In this document: positions 43,463-55,987 of the stretch, piece by piece
How positions within the stretch are numbered: the stretch's first letter is position 1
Layout of the letters: each line of letters opens with the position of its first letter
NCBI RefSeq assembly: GCF_009914755.1
Contig: NC_060925.1
Strand: one strand, 5' to 3'
From: the human T2T-CHM13v2.0 reference genome, Homo sapiens
Length of the DNA: 64,000 nt
Position numbers and translations under genes: made by a program
Notes under the pieces: model-generated
Database searches by the model: none
What the model saw: the letters and a program-made list of their open reading frames with translations, nothing else
What the model was told of the DNA's origin: nothing

Positions 43463-44551
43463 TACTGTATTGATTTGCCAAAGTTTGTAACTTAGTAAAG
43501 GTATTATCTTCCTTGGATTTGTACTTTGTGATTTAGTATGCCGTACCATGGGCTGGTTATGTTAACTGAAAAAATACAGTCATTACCTGAGTTTTGCAGC
43601 ACTCTAACTTAAACAGAACAGCTGTTCACATCTTTTAGCACTTCACATTTGCCTAACTTAAAAATTGCCATGTGTCAAAATCATGGTTTGTAATTGCTAA
43701 GGCATGATATGTCAGGTCATGTGAATATAATTACTTTTTGAAGTAGGTGTGACCACAAAACATGTTTTTTACATGAAGGAACTGTAAATCATTTGAAATT
43801 ACTCAAATGATGTTTTGTTCTGAAGCATAAATCCCAGGTACTTAATGTTTTTACTAATATGGTGCCACTGCAGAGTTTGGGGGCAGTGGGGAAGAACAAG
43901 AATAATGATGGGGAGAGGATTGGTCTGAAACTAACCACTAAGTGAACTGCACTGCAGCTTTTATTTGTGGGAACCCCTTGTTTGGGATCTCAGAGGGCAG
44001 CTGCAAACTGAAAAACAATCCAGTAAATATGCTTTGTTTAATATTTCATAGCAGGCAATAATCAACCACTTAATAATAGCTTTGACATTTGCAACTGTTG
44101 CATACAAAGTATTTTTGCTAGAAGATGACTAGCTCTCACTTTTATTTTACAGTGCTTAATGTGATAAACTTCTAGTCATGTTTCCTATCAAAGAGATCAG
44201 TTAATATATGTACATCAACCACAGAAACAGTATAACAAAATATTTTAAAATTATCATTTTTCTACTTCAAATATGTTTAGCTTAAGACTTCTTAGCACAT
44301 TTATAAAAGCAGGTTAAATTTAATAAGATTTCTGATTTTTTTTGTAACTGAAGATAGTTTTTACTAGTGAAATAACATTTCAGCTAAATAAAACTTTGCT
44401 AAATATTGATATTTGATAAAAAGTTATCTTGTATAATTTCTGCAAATTATCCTTGTTCTGAAAAGGTGTAATGCCCTAATAATAAAAGATTGTTAAACAA
44501 ATCCTTATCTTTTGATTTTTTAAACTCTGATCTAATGATACAATTTTATAA

Positions 44552-44860
<309 letters not shown>

Positions 44861-45210
44861 GTTAGTTACCTTTTTAAAAAAATAGCTGGTAATTCATAGC
44901 TTTTACCTGTTAAATATAAATGCACAGCAAGCAAATGAATTTAAGAGGACTAAACTGGAATAAAGTGTTAATAAATGAAAATCTTGGACTATTTAATATT
45001 AAAATTGAAATGTGAATTAAGATAAACTTGTGTTAGTAAAAACTTTCTTCTTTTAAAAAACCAAGCATAACTAAAGATCAAATCCATTTATAAATGTCAA
45101 TGCAATAATCCTGAATAAAATATTGGAGAATATAATCCATAAAAATATGAAATTAATATTATGGACAAGTAAGATTTAGTTCAGGAGGGCAAAAATGGTT
45201 TAGGAAATCT

Positions 45211-45507
45211 TTTTTTTTTTTTTTTTGATGGGGGGATGGTCTTTTTTGCCCAGGCTGGAGTGCAATGGCACAGTCTCAGCTCACTGCAACCTCCACCTCT
45301 GGGTTAAAGTGATTCTCCTGTCTCAGCCTCCCGAGTAGCTGGGATTATAGGCATGTGCCACCACACTTGGCTAATTTTGTTATTTTTAGTAGAGATAGGG
45401 TTTCACCATGTTGGCCAGGCTGGTCTCAAAATCCTGACCTCAGGTGATCTTCCCGCCTCAATCTCCCAAGGTGCTGGGATTACAGGGTGAGCCACCATGC
45501 CTGGACC
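45211..45507 (-). mobile_element. Alu (AluS)
   Basis: Antisense Alu; TSD taggaaatct. Confidence 0.95.
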
Positions 45508-45858
45508 TAGGAAATCTGTTAATATAATTCATCGAATTAATAGTTTTTAGAAGATAAACTATTGATCCTCTCTATAAATGCTGAAAAGGATTTGGCAAAA
45601 GTCAACAACCATTATTGACTTAAAACAAAACAAAACTCAGTATGATAGGAAAAGACAGATCCTTAAAATGATAAGATAAAGCTTTTTTGTTTTTTTGCCC
45701 CAAAACTGAGATTATTACCTTTGATGTCAGAAACATGACAGGGATACCCACTATCGTCATTTCATACTGTGCAGGAGGTAGTAGTCGGTGCAATTAGCAA
45801 AAAGAAAAAAAATGGAAGTATGAAATTGGAAAGGAAGAGGTAATGCTATTACTATTTT

Positions 45859-46395
45859 TTTATTGATACAAAATATTTTACATATTTACGGGATACACAC
45901 GAGTACTTGTTACGTGCACAGAATGTGTAGTGATTAGGTCAGGGTGTTTGGGGTATCTATCACCCTGAGGATCATTTCTATATGTTGGTAACATTTAAAG
46001 TCCTCTTTTTTAGCTACTTTGAAAAATACTATGCAATGTTGCTAACTATAGTCACCCTACTCTGCTATTGAATATCAGGGCTTATTTGTTCTAACTGTAT
46101 GCTTATACCCACTAATCAACCTCTCTTTATTCTTCCTCCCACCCAAACACTCTTACCAGCCTCTAGTATCTGTCATTCTATTCTCTATCTCCATGAGGCC
46201 AATTATTTTTTAGTTCTCATATATGAATGAGGACATGTGGCATCTGTCTTTCTGTTCCTGATTTATTTCACTTAACATAACCTCCAGTTCCATCCATGTT
46301 GCTGCAAATGACATAATTTCATTATTTTTTATGACTGAATTGTATCCATTGTGTATATATACCATATTTTCTGAATCCATTTATATATCGATGGA
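45859..46395 (-). mobile_element. 5'-truncated L1MA 3' end
   Basis: Antisense L1MA 3'UTR; perfect 14-bp TSD gctattactatttt (45845-45858, 46396-46409). Confidence 0.88.
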
Positions 46396-46716
46396 GCTAT
46401 TACTATTTTCAGATAACATGAAGACCTAGGTGAATCAACTGCAAAACTATTACAAACAATAAAATAATTCAACAAGAAGGAAGGGCACAAAATTAATATA
46501 AAGAAACCAATACATATCAGATACAGAAATCACAATCACCTAGAAGCTATAATGGAAGAAAATCCCCCAATATTACAATATTTTAAAAAAGTAATTAACA
46601 ATAAATGATAATATTTATATGATGGAAAGCTTAAAACATTTTAATTTGAGTCCCAGAAGGGCAGGAAAGTGAGAATGAGGAATAAACAACATTTGAAGAG
46701 ATAATGGCTGAGAATA

Positions 46717-47052
46717 CAGTCACGTACCACATAAAAATGTTTCAGTAAACAACAGACCGCAAATACAAAGGTGGTCCAAAAAGATTATAATACCATATTC
46801 TTACTGTACTTTTCTATATTTAGATACACAAATACTTACCATTTCGTTACAGTTGCCTACAGTATTCAGTGCAGTAAGATGCCGCACAGGTTTGTAGCCA
46901 GCAACAATAGACTCTACCACATAGCCTAGGTGTGTAGTAGGTTATACTATCTAGTTTTGTGTAAGTATGCTCTATGCTGTTCACACAATGACAATGTTTT
47001 CTAAGGTCATGTTTCTCAGAATGTATCCCCATCATTCATTGTTACAAGAATG
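46717..47052 (+). mobile_element. Tigger3a-like Tc/mariner element in an L1 ORF1 fragment
   Basis: ta|cagtcacgtaccacataa...ggtggtcc...agattataatac...ctcagaatgtatccccatc...tg|ta, with TA duplication. Confidence 0.85.
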
Positions 47053-47547
47053 TATTCCAAAACTGATGAAAGGCATCAATCCACAGATTTGAGAAGCACT
47101 ATGAATCCAAAGCAGAATAAATAGTTACACCTGAGACACGGTGTAAACCAATCAATGTGAAATCTGGGTTTATTGGGAATGGTGAGTCCCTATGTAACCT
47201 TGTGGCATTGGAGGAAGAGAAGTTGGTACCTTTTGATTATCCTTGTAACTCCCCTCTCAGACTTCTCTGGTCCCAGGTGATAGATTTCTGGTCTGGTCGG
47301 GTCTGTGAGTCTCTTTACACTACTGTCCACTGAGGTGTGGCTAGCAAACTTCTGGTTTGTTCTTTCAGCTGGGTTAAAACCCTGTGGTTCTCATTGTGAT
47401 CTCAGCCTACCTTGGGTCTCACTGATCCTGTAAGTTCTAATTCTCCATCATCCTGTGGCTATCCTGTGGCTTCTGTGGTACAGTCATTATCCTCTGGCTA
47501 CAGAAGCCTTTGTAAATCTTCTTGCTCTCACTTCAGTTGTCTTTAAT

Positions 47548-47790
47548 CTAGTGGTTAAAGGTATAGACTTCATAACTAGATTGACTTTGTGTTAAAATCC
47601 TCATTTCATATTACAGCAGTGTGGTCTTGGACAAGATAGTTAACCTCTCTGTACCTCAGTCTCCACAATTTAAAAAGTGCAAAAAGGACCTATGTCATAG
47701 GGCTGTTGAAAAGATGCAGTAAGACCATTTTTGTAAAGTACTTAGACTTCTTCCTGGCACATAGCACTCAATAAATGTTAATTATTATTG
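47548..47790 (+). mobile_element. MIR SINE
   Basis: 'gtgtggtcttggacaag...ttaacctctctgtacctcagt...tgtaaagtacttag...cctggcacatagcactcaataaatg'. Confidence 0.8.
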
Positions 47791-48257
47791 TTTATTGAGG
47801 TTCATGAAGGCCCAATAAATAGCACTCCATTTCCTCACCTGAGTACTCGTGTAATTAAGAAATATATAGAGAGTAAAGTAGATGGAGATCAAAATTCACC
47901 TTTTTTTTACACTGATAATGCATTATTGTAGAATGTGATTTATATCTCTGGGCAAGTGTCTTCTTTACACCAAACCCCAGAAGTAGGTGGACTTACCCAA
48001 TCACAGGTGACAATGAACTGGGGCAAATCTGTCCCTGTGAAATTTACAGTAAGGCAACCTGAGCAGATGCTTCTGTGATCAGATTTCTTCTTTCTCTCAT
48101 CTGTTCCAGCGATAATTGCCTATACAGCTAATAATTTGGCAATTGATCATGTCCAGCCTAATACCACCACATTAGAGGTGATCAGATGCTGTCAGAGGTC
48201 TGCTTATATCCCATTAGCACATTTGGCCATTTCCAGGCACAGTGATCACACTGATGT

Positions 48258-49666
48258 TGTGTCCGGAATTGGTGGGTTCTTGGTCTCACTGACTTCCAGA
48301 ATGAAGCCGAGAACCCTCGTGGTGAGTGGTACAGCTCACAGCACGCCTAAGGTGGCACGTCTGTAGTTTGTCCCTTCTGATGTTCAGATGTGTTCGGAGT
48401 TTCTTTGTTTTGGTTGATTCGTGGTCTCACTGGCTCAGGAATGAAGCTGCAAACCTTCCCAGTGTGTGTTACAGCTCGTAAGGCGGCGTGTCTGTAGTTG
48501 TTCATTCCTCCCAATAGGCTCGTGGGATCGCTGGTTCAGGAGTGAAGCTACAGACCTTCGCGGTGTTACACCTCATGCAAGCAGCGTGGCCCCAAAAAAT
48601 GAACAATAGCAACATTTATTGCAAAGAGCAAAAACACAAAGCTTCCACACAGTAGAAAGGAAACCAGAGGGTTGCCTCTGCTCGCTGGGGCAGCCTGCTT
48701 TTATTCTCTTATCTGGCCCCACCCACATCCTGCTGATTGGTAGAGCCCAGTGGCCTGTTTTGACAGGGCGCTGATTGGTGCGTTTACAATCCCTGAGCTA
48801 GACATAAAGGTTCTCCAAGACCTCACCAGAGTAGCTAGATACAGAGTGTCGATTGGTGCATTCAGAAACCCTGAGCTAGACACAGGGTGCTGATTGGTGT
48901 GTTTACAAACCTTGAGCTAGATACAGAGTGCCGATTGGTGTATTTACAATCCCTGAGCTATACATAAAGACTCTCCACATCCCCACCAGACTCAGGAGCC
49001 CAGCTGGCTTCACCCAGTGGATCCAGCACGGGGGCTGCAGGTGGAGCTGCCTGCCAGTCCCGGTGCTGTGCGCTCGCACTCCTCAGCCGTTGGGGGGTCG
49101 ATGGGACTGGGCGCCGTGGAGCAGGGGGCGGCACTCGTCGGGGAGGCTCGGGCCGCACAGGAGCCCACGGAGAGGGTGGGAGGCTCAGGCATGGCGGGCT
49201 GCAGGTCCCGAGCCCTGCCCCGTGGGAAGGCAGCTAAGGCCTGGCGAGAAATCGAGCACAGCGGCGGTGGGCCGGCACTGCTGGGGGACCCAGTACACCC
49301 CCCGCAGCCGCTGGCCCGGGTGCTAAGCCCCTCACTGCCCGGGGCCGGCAGGGCCGGCCGGCTGCTCCGAGTGCGGGGCCCGCCGGCTGCTCCGAGTGCA
49401 GGGCCCGCCAAGCCCACGCCCACCCAGAACTCCAGCTGGCCCGCAAGCTCCGCACGCAGCCCCGGTTCCTGCTCGCGCCTCTCCCTCCACACCTCCCCGC
49501 AAGCTGAGGGAGTGAGCTCCGGCCTTGGCCAGCCCAGAAAGGGGCTCCCACAATGCAGCGGTGGGCTGAAGGGCTCTTCAAGTGCCGCCAAAGTGGGAGC
49601 TCAGGCAGAGGAGGCGCCAAGAGCAAGTGAGGGCTGTGAGGACTGCCAGCACGCTGTCACCTCTCA
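48258..49666 (-). mobile_element. LTR12C (ERV9) solo LTR
   Basis: Termini tgtgtccggaattggtgggttcttgg and gccagcacgctgtcacctctca; CpG-rich U3; near-TSD atgt/gtgt. Confidence 0.95.
48670..48965 (-). promoter_or_regulatory. ERV9/LTR12 promoter module: tandem CCAAT (NF-Y) repeats and AATAAA-type TATA
   Basis: Five 'gattggt' (CCAATC on minus strand) units at ~48735-48940 and 'cttttatt' at ~48698-48705. Activity in this copy is not shown by the sequence. Confidence 0.6.
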
Positions 49667-50012
49667 GTGTGAGCTTCCACTCCTTAGAGCAAGCACCCAC
49701 ATCTCTCTGTTGTAAGGCTACTTTTAAGCAGTGATGACCCACTTTTCCTGCTAGTGCAGACAGCAGGAAGTGCCTGGAAATTTATTTAATATAAGTGGCC
49801 ATCACTCTCCCGACCCAGGGTGCCTCATCTTAAGGGCTGATGGACAGGAGGAATAATTACCCCAGCTCCCTGGCCCCGGACCAGAACATGGTCTCCAAAG
49901 ACTGAAAGACTGAGCGGAAGTTACCCTTTATGGGATTTCCCTTCCTGGTCCTACTTTCCTACTCCCCAAATCACTTTCACACAAATCCTCATCTGGGGAT
50001 CCCAGCTTAAGT
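49667..50012 (+). mobile_element. LTR16-like ERVL LTR remnant (host of LTR12C)
   Basis: 'gaagtgcctggaaattta...aattaccccagctccctggcccc...cacaaatcctcatct...cccagcttaag'. Confidence 0.55.
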
Positions 50013-51683
50013 CGGGAAACAAATCTATTATTGTCTAGTGGCATTTATATATATTTTTTACTTTCAATTGTTTTCCTGTGTTGACTCGTTGTAAAGGTTT
50101 CTTTGGGGGATATGAGCAGACCTCCAACAGAGTGTAGTACTTGTGTTTCTTCATACTCTCCATCGTATAGTTGTACAAACAGTAGGAACTAGGCTTTTTA
50201 AAAAAAAAATGATTTCTCAATTCATTTTCTTTTTAAATTGACATCAGAGAAACTCAAACTATGTGAATAAACAAGGCGTTTGGGGAATATGCATACATAT
50301 CATGCAAAGGGTGCTATACACAGCCATAGAATTTTAAGGTTATTTTCTGAATACAAAAATATGTTACATAAATTTATAAAGATCGCAGAGAATATTTAGG
50401 TTGATATGAATATTGTATAAAATTATTATTTGGGATTGAATAGCTCTATACATGCTCTTAGAGACATTTTAATGTTGAAGTTGCTTTTAAGAATTATTAA
50501 CTAGTGAATAATTAAAATGTTGTCAGAATGGATTCAAGGCCAATTAGTTTGGTTGCAGATAAAAAGTCCTAAGAAATCCATGACTGCCATCAGTGGCAAT
50601 TAATATAGTTTTATTTGCATGCTAAAACAATCCAGGGTAGGTCCCAAAATGTACATTTTCTGCAATACAGTAATTTAGCTTTCATGCCCAGACTGGAAGT
50701 GTGATACTTAGAATAAATGAATCCAATAATGGAGGTGCAGGAAAATAATAGCATAGTGATAATATTTGACATTTGTATATGCTTTATTACTTTTCAGATG
50801 AATTTTGCAGCTCTTTTACCCTGATAGCTAGACCAAAAACCTATTTATAAGTTTGTACAGGCTACAGTTTTCTTCGCTTTGAATACCGACTAATGAATTT
50901 CAAACCACCAATCTGACCCTTTTATATCAAATTAACTGGTTATTTGGTCAAACCAATTCACTTGACCTGCTATCCTGGTGACAAGTAGATATTTCCTGAA
51001 TCAGTGTCCATCAGTCTGTGCCTTGCTTCAGCCATGCCCAGCCCCTGTGTCTCTGACAGCCAGGTCCAGAAGATGTATGTGTGCTGGTACAAGTCTCATC
51101 CTACTTGTTCTATGAAGCACTGAGGGCAGGGCCTGAAACTGTGTTGGGGAATTCTCTAGAACCTGTGATTAGGTTTCCATCTTTCTCAATGCCTACTCTT
51201 TGTGTCCTTTTGCTTCTAGATCTGCTATACTCCTACTTCTCTGGATGATAATCCCAGCTTGAGTCCTTCCATGCTCCTCTCAGTTCCATTCACCAGTGAT
51301 AGTGATGAACTCCATTCATGCCTTATAGCGGGAGCACACCATTCTGCATAATATTCAGCTATTTTCTAGGGTTAAATTTACCCCCTGAAAATATATTTGA
51401 TTGAATACATATAGAGAATTTTCCTACTGATAATATTATTATTAGTGGTAATAATCATAATTTTCATTATTACTCTCAGGCTCAGTCCTTGTACTTAAAA
51501 AAAAAAAAAGATAGCCAAATAGTATACAGTGGGACATTTAATAAAACCTGGAGTTGTCTTTTGATTATTAAATTAATCCAAAGCTCGCAAGGGATTTTTA
51601 AGTTTCTTTAGCCACCAAGCAAGTTGTGAGTAAATATATAGCAAAAAAAATGGAAATGAATCTAGAAAGTTTTATATTATTTT

Positions 51684-52020
<337 letters not shown>

Positions 52021-52374
52021 TTAAAACCAGGCTTTCTCTTAGGAAATTGAAGATGCTAGTTGAGGATACTTTATAGACATCGCAGGCCTCCAAATATTTT
52101 GAACTGAAATACATTGATGCCCAAGGAAACATATTCATTTTGCTGAAATTAATAGGTTGTTTTAATTTTTAATTTATACGATAGCATGTACATAACCTTT
52201 TATTGTCTACTCAATTTTACTGCTGGACATTTACTCAATTAATGAATCTTTCAATAAGATACTGACTATCATAAACTCTTGGAAAGACTGTGGTGAGCTG
52301 AGGGAATAAAAATTTGTTTTCCTTTTTTCTGTGGAAGTAGTGGGGCTGCCAACTCTTCTTCCTGGCATATTTTA

Positions 52375-52885
52375 ATCTTTTTTTTAATTTTTAATTTTAA
52401 TGGGTACATAGTAGGTATCTATATTTATGGGGTGCCTGGGATATTTTGATACAGACCTACAATGTGTAATAATCACACCAAGAAATTTTCTCCTTTTTTT
52501 TTGGCAGGGGCGCTTCAAGGTCATTATTTGGAACTCAGGCTGTGACATTGAAAAAAGATAAATGGGGTTTCCATCACCTCAAGAATTCATCATTTCTTTG
52601 TGTTGCAAACATTCCAATTGTACTCCCTTGGTTATTCTAAAATGTCCAACAAATTATTGCTGGCTGTGGTCACTCTGTTGTGCTATCAAATACTAGATCT
52701 TACTCATTGTATCGAATTCTATTTTTGTACCCGTTAACTACCCCCATTTCCCATTTCCCCTCTCCACTACCCTTCCCAGCCTCTGGTAGCCATCATTCTA
52801 CTATCTCCATGAGTTCCAGTGTTTTAATTTTCAGCTCCCACAAATGAGTGAGAACATGCAAAGTTTGTCTTTCTGTGCCTGATCT
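52375..52885 (-). mobile_element. L1MA (L1MA2/3-like) 3' end carrying a foreign insert at 52481-52556
   Basis: 'gggtacatagtaggt...atatttatgggg...aatgtgtaataatcac[insert]aaatgggg...ccatcacctcaag...cccacaaatgagtgagaacatg'. Confidence 0.85.
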
Positions 52886-53864
52886 TTTTTTGGAGCTACA
52901 AGAAAGCATGTTGGCCAACTAGGTGTCTACACAGATTTCCATCTGGAAAGGGAAGCTCTTTCTCAGAGGCAAGTGAAGGTTTTGTTTCAGGCCAAAAGCT
53001 CAAGGTGAAGGTGCTCAGGAAATTTTTCTTCTTCTTCTTCTTTTTTTTTTTTTTTTTTTTGGCAGGGGCACATCAAGGTCATTATTTGGGACTCAGGCTG
53101 TGACATTTAAAAAATATATATATTCCTTCAACAGCAATCTATTTCCTTCTTTGCCCAGAGGACACCTGTGCTGTTGCCCAAGTACATGTGAAAAGAACCA
53201 GTCAGCCTCACAATTTATACCTTGCCCCATTTGTAACAACTAGGAAGTCTCATCGGATTCATCTTTTGGTTTGTGTTCCATTTTAACAAATCACTCAGAA
53301 GGCTGCCAGAGATAATAACCTCTCATGAGGAAACAAATATTTCATCTCAGTGCTTTCTTCTCAAGCTGCAACTGGATCGTTGCAATTTGGTGTAATGTCG
53401 TTTCTTAACCTAGCCTCTGAAATTTACCCCATATATGAACAGAAAAGGATTCTTAACAGTTATTTTCATGTTGGCACAGAGTTCTGCTCAGTAGCACTTA
53501 GTTCTTTTGCTCCTTTTGAAGCATCATGACTGCCTGGTCTGCGCCTTGATGGATGTCAGCACTCTCAGGTCAGGTCTAGATGGGGCAATCAAACCACCCA
53601 AAGGAAATTCAGTATTCAGTCATCTGTGTGGATGACTCTGTACACAGTAACCTGAAGGGCTACGTGATAGTTTATTCCGATTTTTTTTGTTGAGATAGAC
53701 AAAAAAGCTCTGTTAGTTATCTCATGATCTTTCAGACATGCCAGGAAGTTGTTTCTGCATGTCTTCAGCCACCATTGAAGAAAAGGAAATTTCAAATGCT
53801 ATTAGAGCAAACGAGCTATGTCGGAACGTTTCCCCATTACTCCACTTGGATGCACAATCCTAAA

Positions 53865-54380
<516 letters not shown>

Positions 54381-54709
54381 CTAGTGGTACCACTTGCTGG
54401 TAAACACTCATTACAACAGCCAAAAGTAAAGTGATCATCAAAACAATCGCCTAACATTTTTTGGATCTTTACATGCTCTGGTAAAGTAAAGTTACATGGT
54501 CCAGCAGAGGTGTGAGAAAAATTTAATGAATGTTACAAGACATGCTCTTAACTTTGTCTGCCTCAAGCAATAGGAGTGAGGATAAGTGACGCCTGGTGAA
54601 GATCCTGCAGAAGTCAGACTTTTCCTCTTAAAGCTATGGCTTCTCCTCTAGAATGAAAAGTTGCGATAACAGGAGTCCTAGAATGTGGGCCACAACTTCA
54701 CATTCTGGA

Positions 54710-54720
54710 TGCTGAGTCAT
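54710..54720. promoter_or_regulatory. Consensus ARE / NF-E2-NRF2-BACH1 motif TGCTGAGTCAT
   Basis: Exact match to (A/G)TGACTCAGCA on the minus strand. Motif only; binding not shown. Confidence 0.45.
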
Positions 54721-54919
54721 TTGTCATTTCTATGCTGAGCAGTAGAGAAATACTAGGTGGCCCACTTTCTAGGACTCCTATTATCAGAACTATTCATTCT
54801 AGAGGAGAAGCCAGAGCTTTTAAGAGCGGAAGTCTGACTTCTGTAGGATCATCACATAGGTGTTACTTAATGCTCACTCCTATTGCTTGAAGCAGAGAAA
54901 GTTAAAAGCATGTGTTGTA

Positions 54920-55987
54920 TAGGCACAGGCAAAGATTTCATGATGAAAACATCAAAAGTAATTGCAACAAAGCAAAAATTGACAAATGGAATCTAATTAA
55001 ACTGAAGAGCTTCTGCATAGCAAAAGAAACTTATCATCAGAGCGAACAGACAACCTACAGAATGAGATAAAATGTTTGCAATCTATCCATCTGACAAAGG
55101 TCTAATATCCAGAATCTACAAGAAACTTAAACAAATTTACAAGAAAAAAACAAACAACCCTATTAAAAATTGGGCAAAGGACATGAGCAGACACTTATCA
55201 AAAGAAGACATATATATGGCCAACAAACATATGAAAAACTCAACATCACTGGTCATTAGAGAAATGCAAATCAAAACCACAATGAGATACCATCTCATGC
55301 CAGTCAGAATGGCAATTATTAAAAAGTCAAGAAACAACAGATGCTGGCGAGACTGCAGAAAAATAGGAATGCTTTTACACTGTTGGTGGAAATATAAATT
55401 AGTTCAGTCATTCTGAAAGAGTGTGGCCATTCCTCAAAGACCTAGAGCCAGAAATACCATTTGACACAGCAATTCCATTACTGGGTATAGACCCAAAGGA
55501 ATAGAAATCATTCTATTATAAGGATGCATGCATGCATATGTTCATTGCAGCACTATTCACAGTAGCAAAGACATGGAATTAACCCAAATGCCCATCAATG
55601 TTAGACTAGATAAAGAAAATGTGGTACATATATACCATGGAGTACTATGTAGCCATAAAAAGGAATGAGATCATGTCCTTTGCAGGGACATGGTTGGAGC
55701 TGGAAACCATTATCCTCACCAAACTAATGCAGGAACAGAAAGCCAAACACCACATGTTCTCACTATAACAATGTGAACACATAGACACATGGAGGAGAAC
55801 AAGACCCTGGGGTCTGTTGGGGGTCAGGGAGAGGGAGAGCATCGGGATAAATAGCTAATGCATACTGGGCTTAATACTTGGGTGATGGGTTGATAGGTGC
55901 AGCAAACCACCACGGCACATGTTTACCTATATAACAAACTGCCCATCCTGCACATGTACCCAGAAACTTAAATGAAATTTCTTTAAA
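54920..55987 (+). mobile_element. 5'-truncated L1PA (approx. L1PA8-13): ORF2 C-terminus plus 3'UTR
   Basis: ORF 55072..55416 is L1 ORF2-like ([28 protein letters not shown]...[29 protein letters not shown]). 16-bp TSD aa(a/g)agcatgt(g/c)ttgta. Confidence 0.93.

Noticed and set aside
48928-49715. Longest ORFs in the window (up to 232 aa)
   Set aside because: Inside the GC-rich LTR12C U3; low-complexity Ala/Gly/Pro/Arg products with no recognisable domain.
54501-54514. CTCF-like CCAGCAGAGG at both ends of the palindrome
   Set aside because: The 3' part (TGTG) lacks the required GCGC/GCA core; too weak to call.
55072-55416. 114-aa ORF with real protein similarity
   Set aside because: Fragment of L1 ORF2 in a 5'-truncated L1PA, bounded by stops; not a gene.
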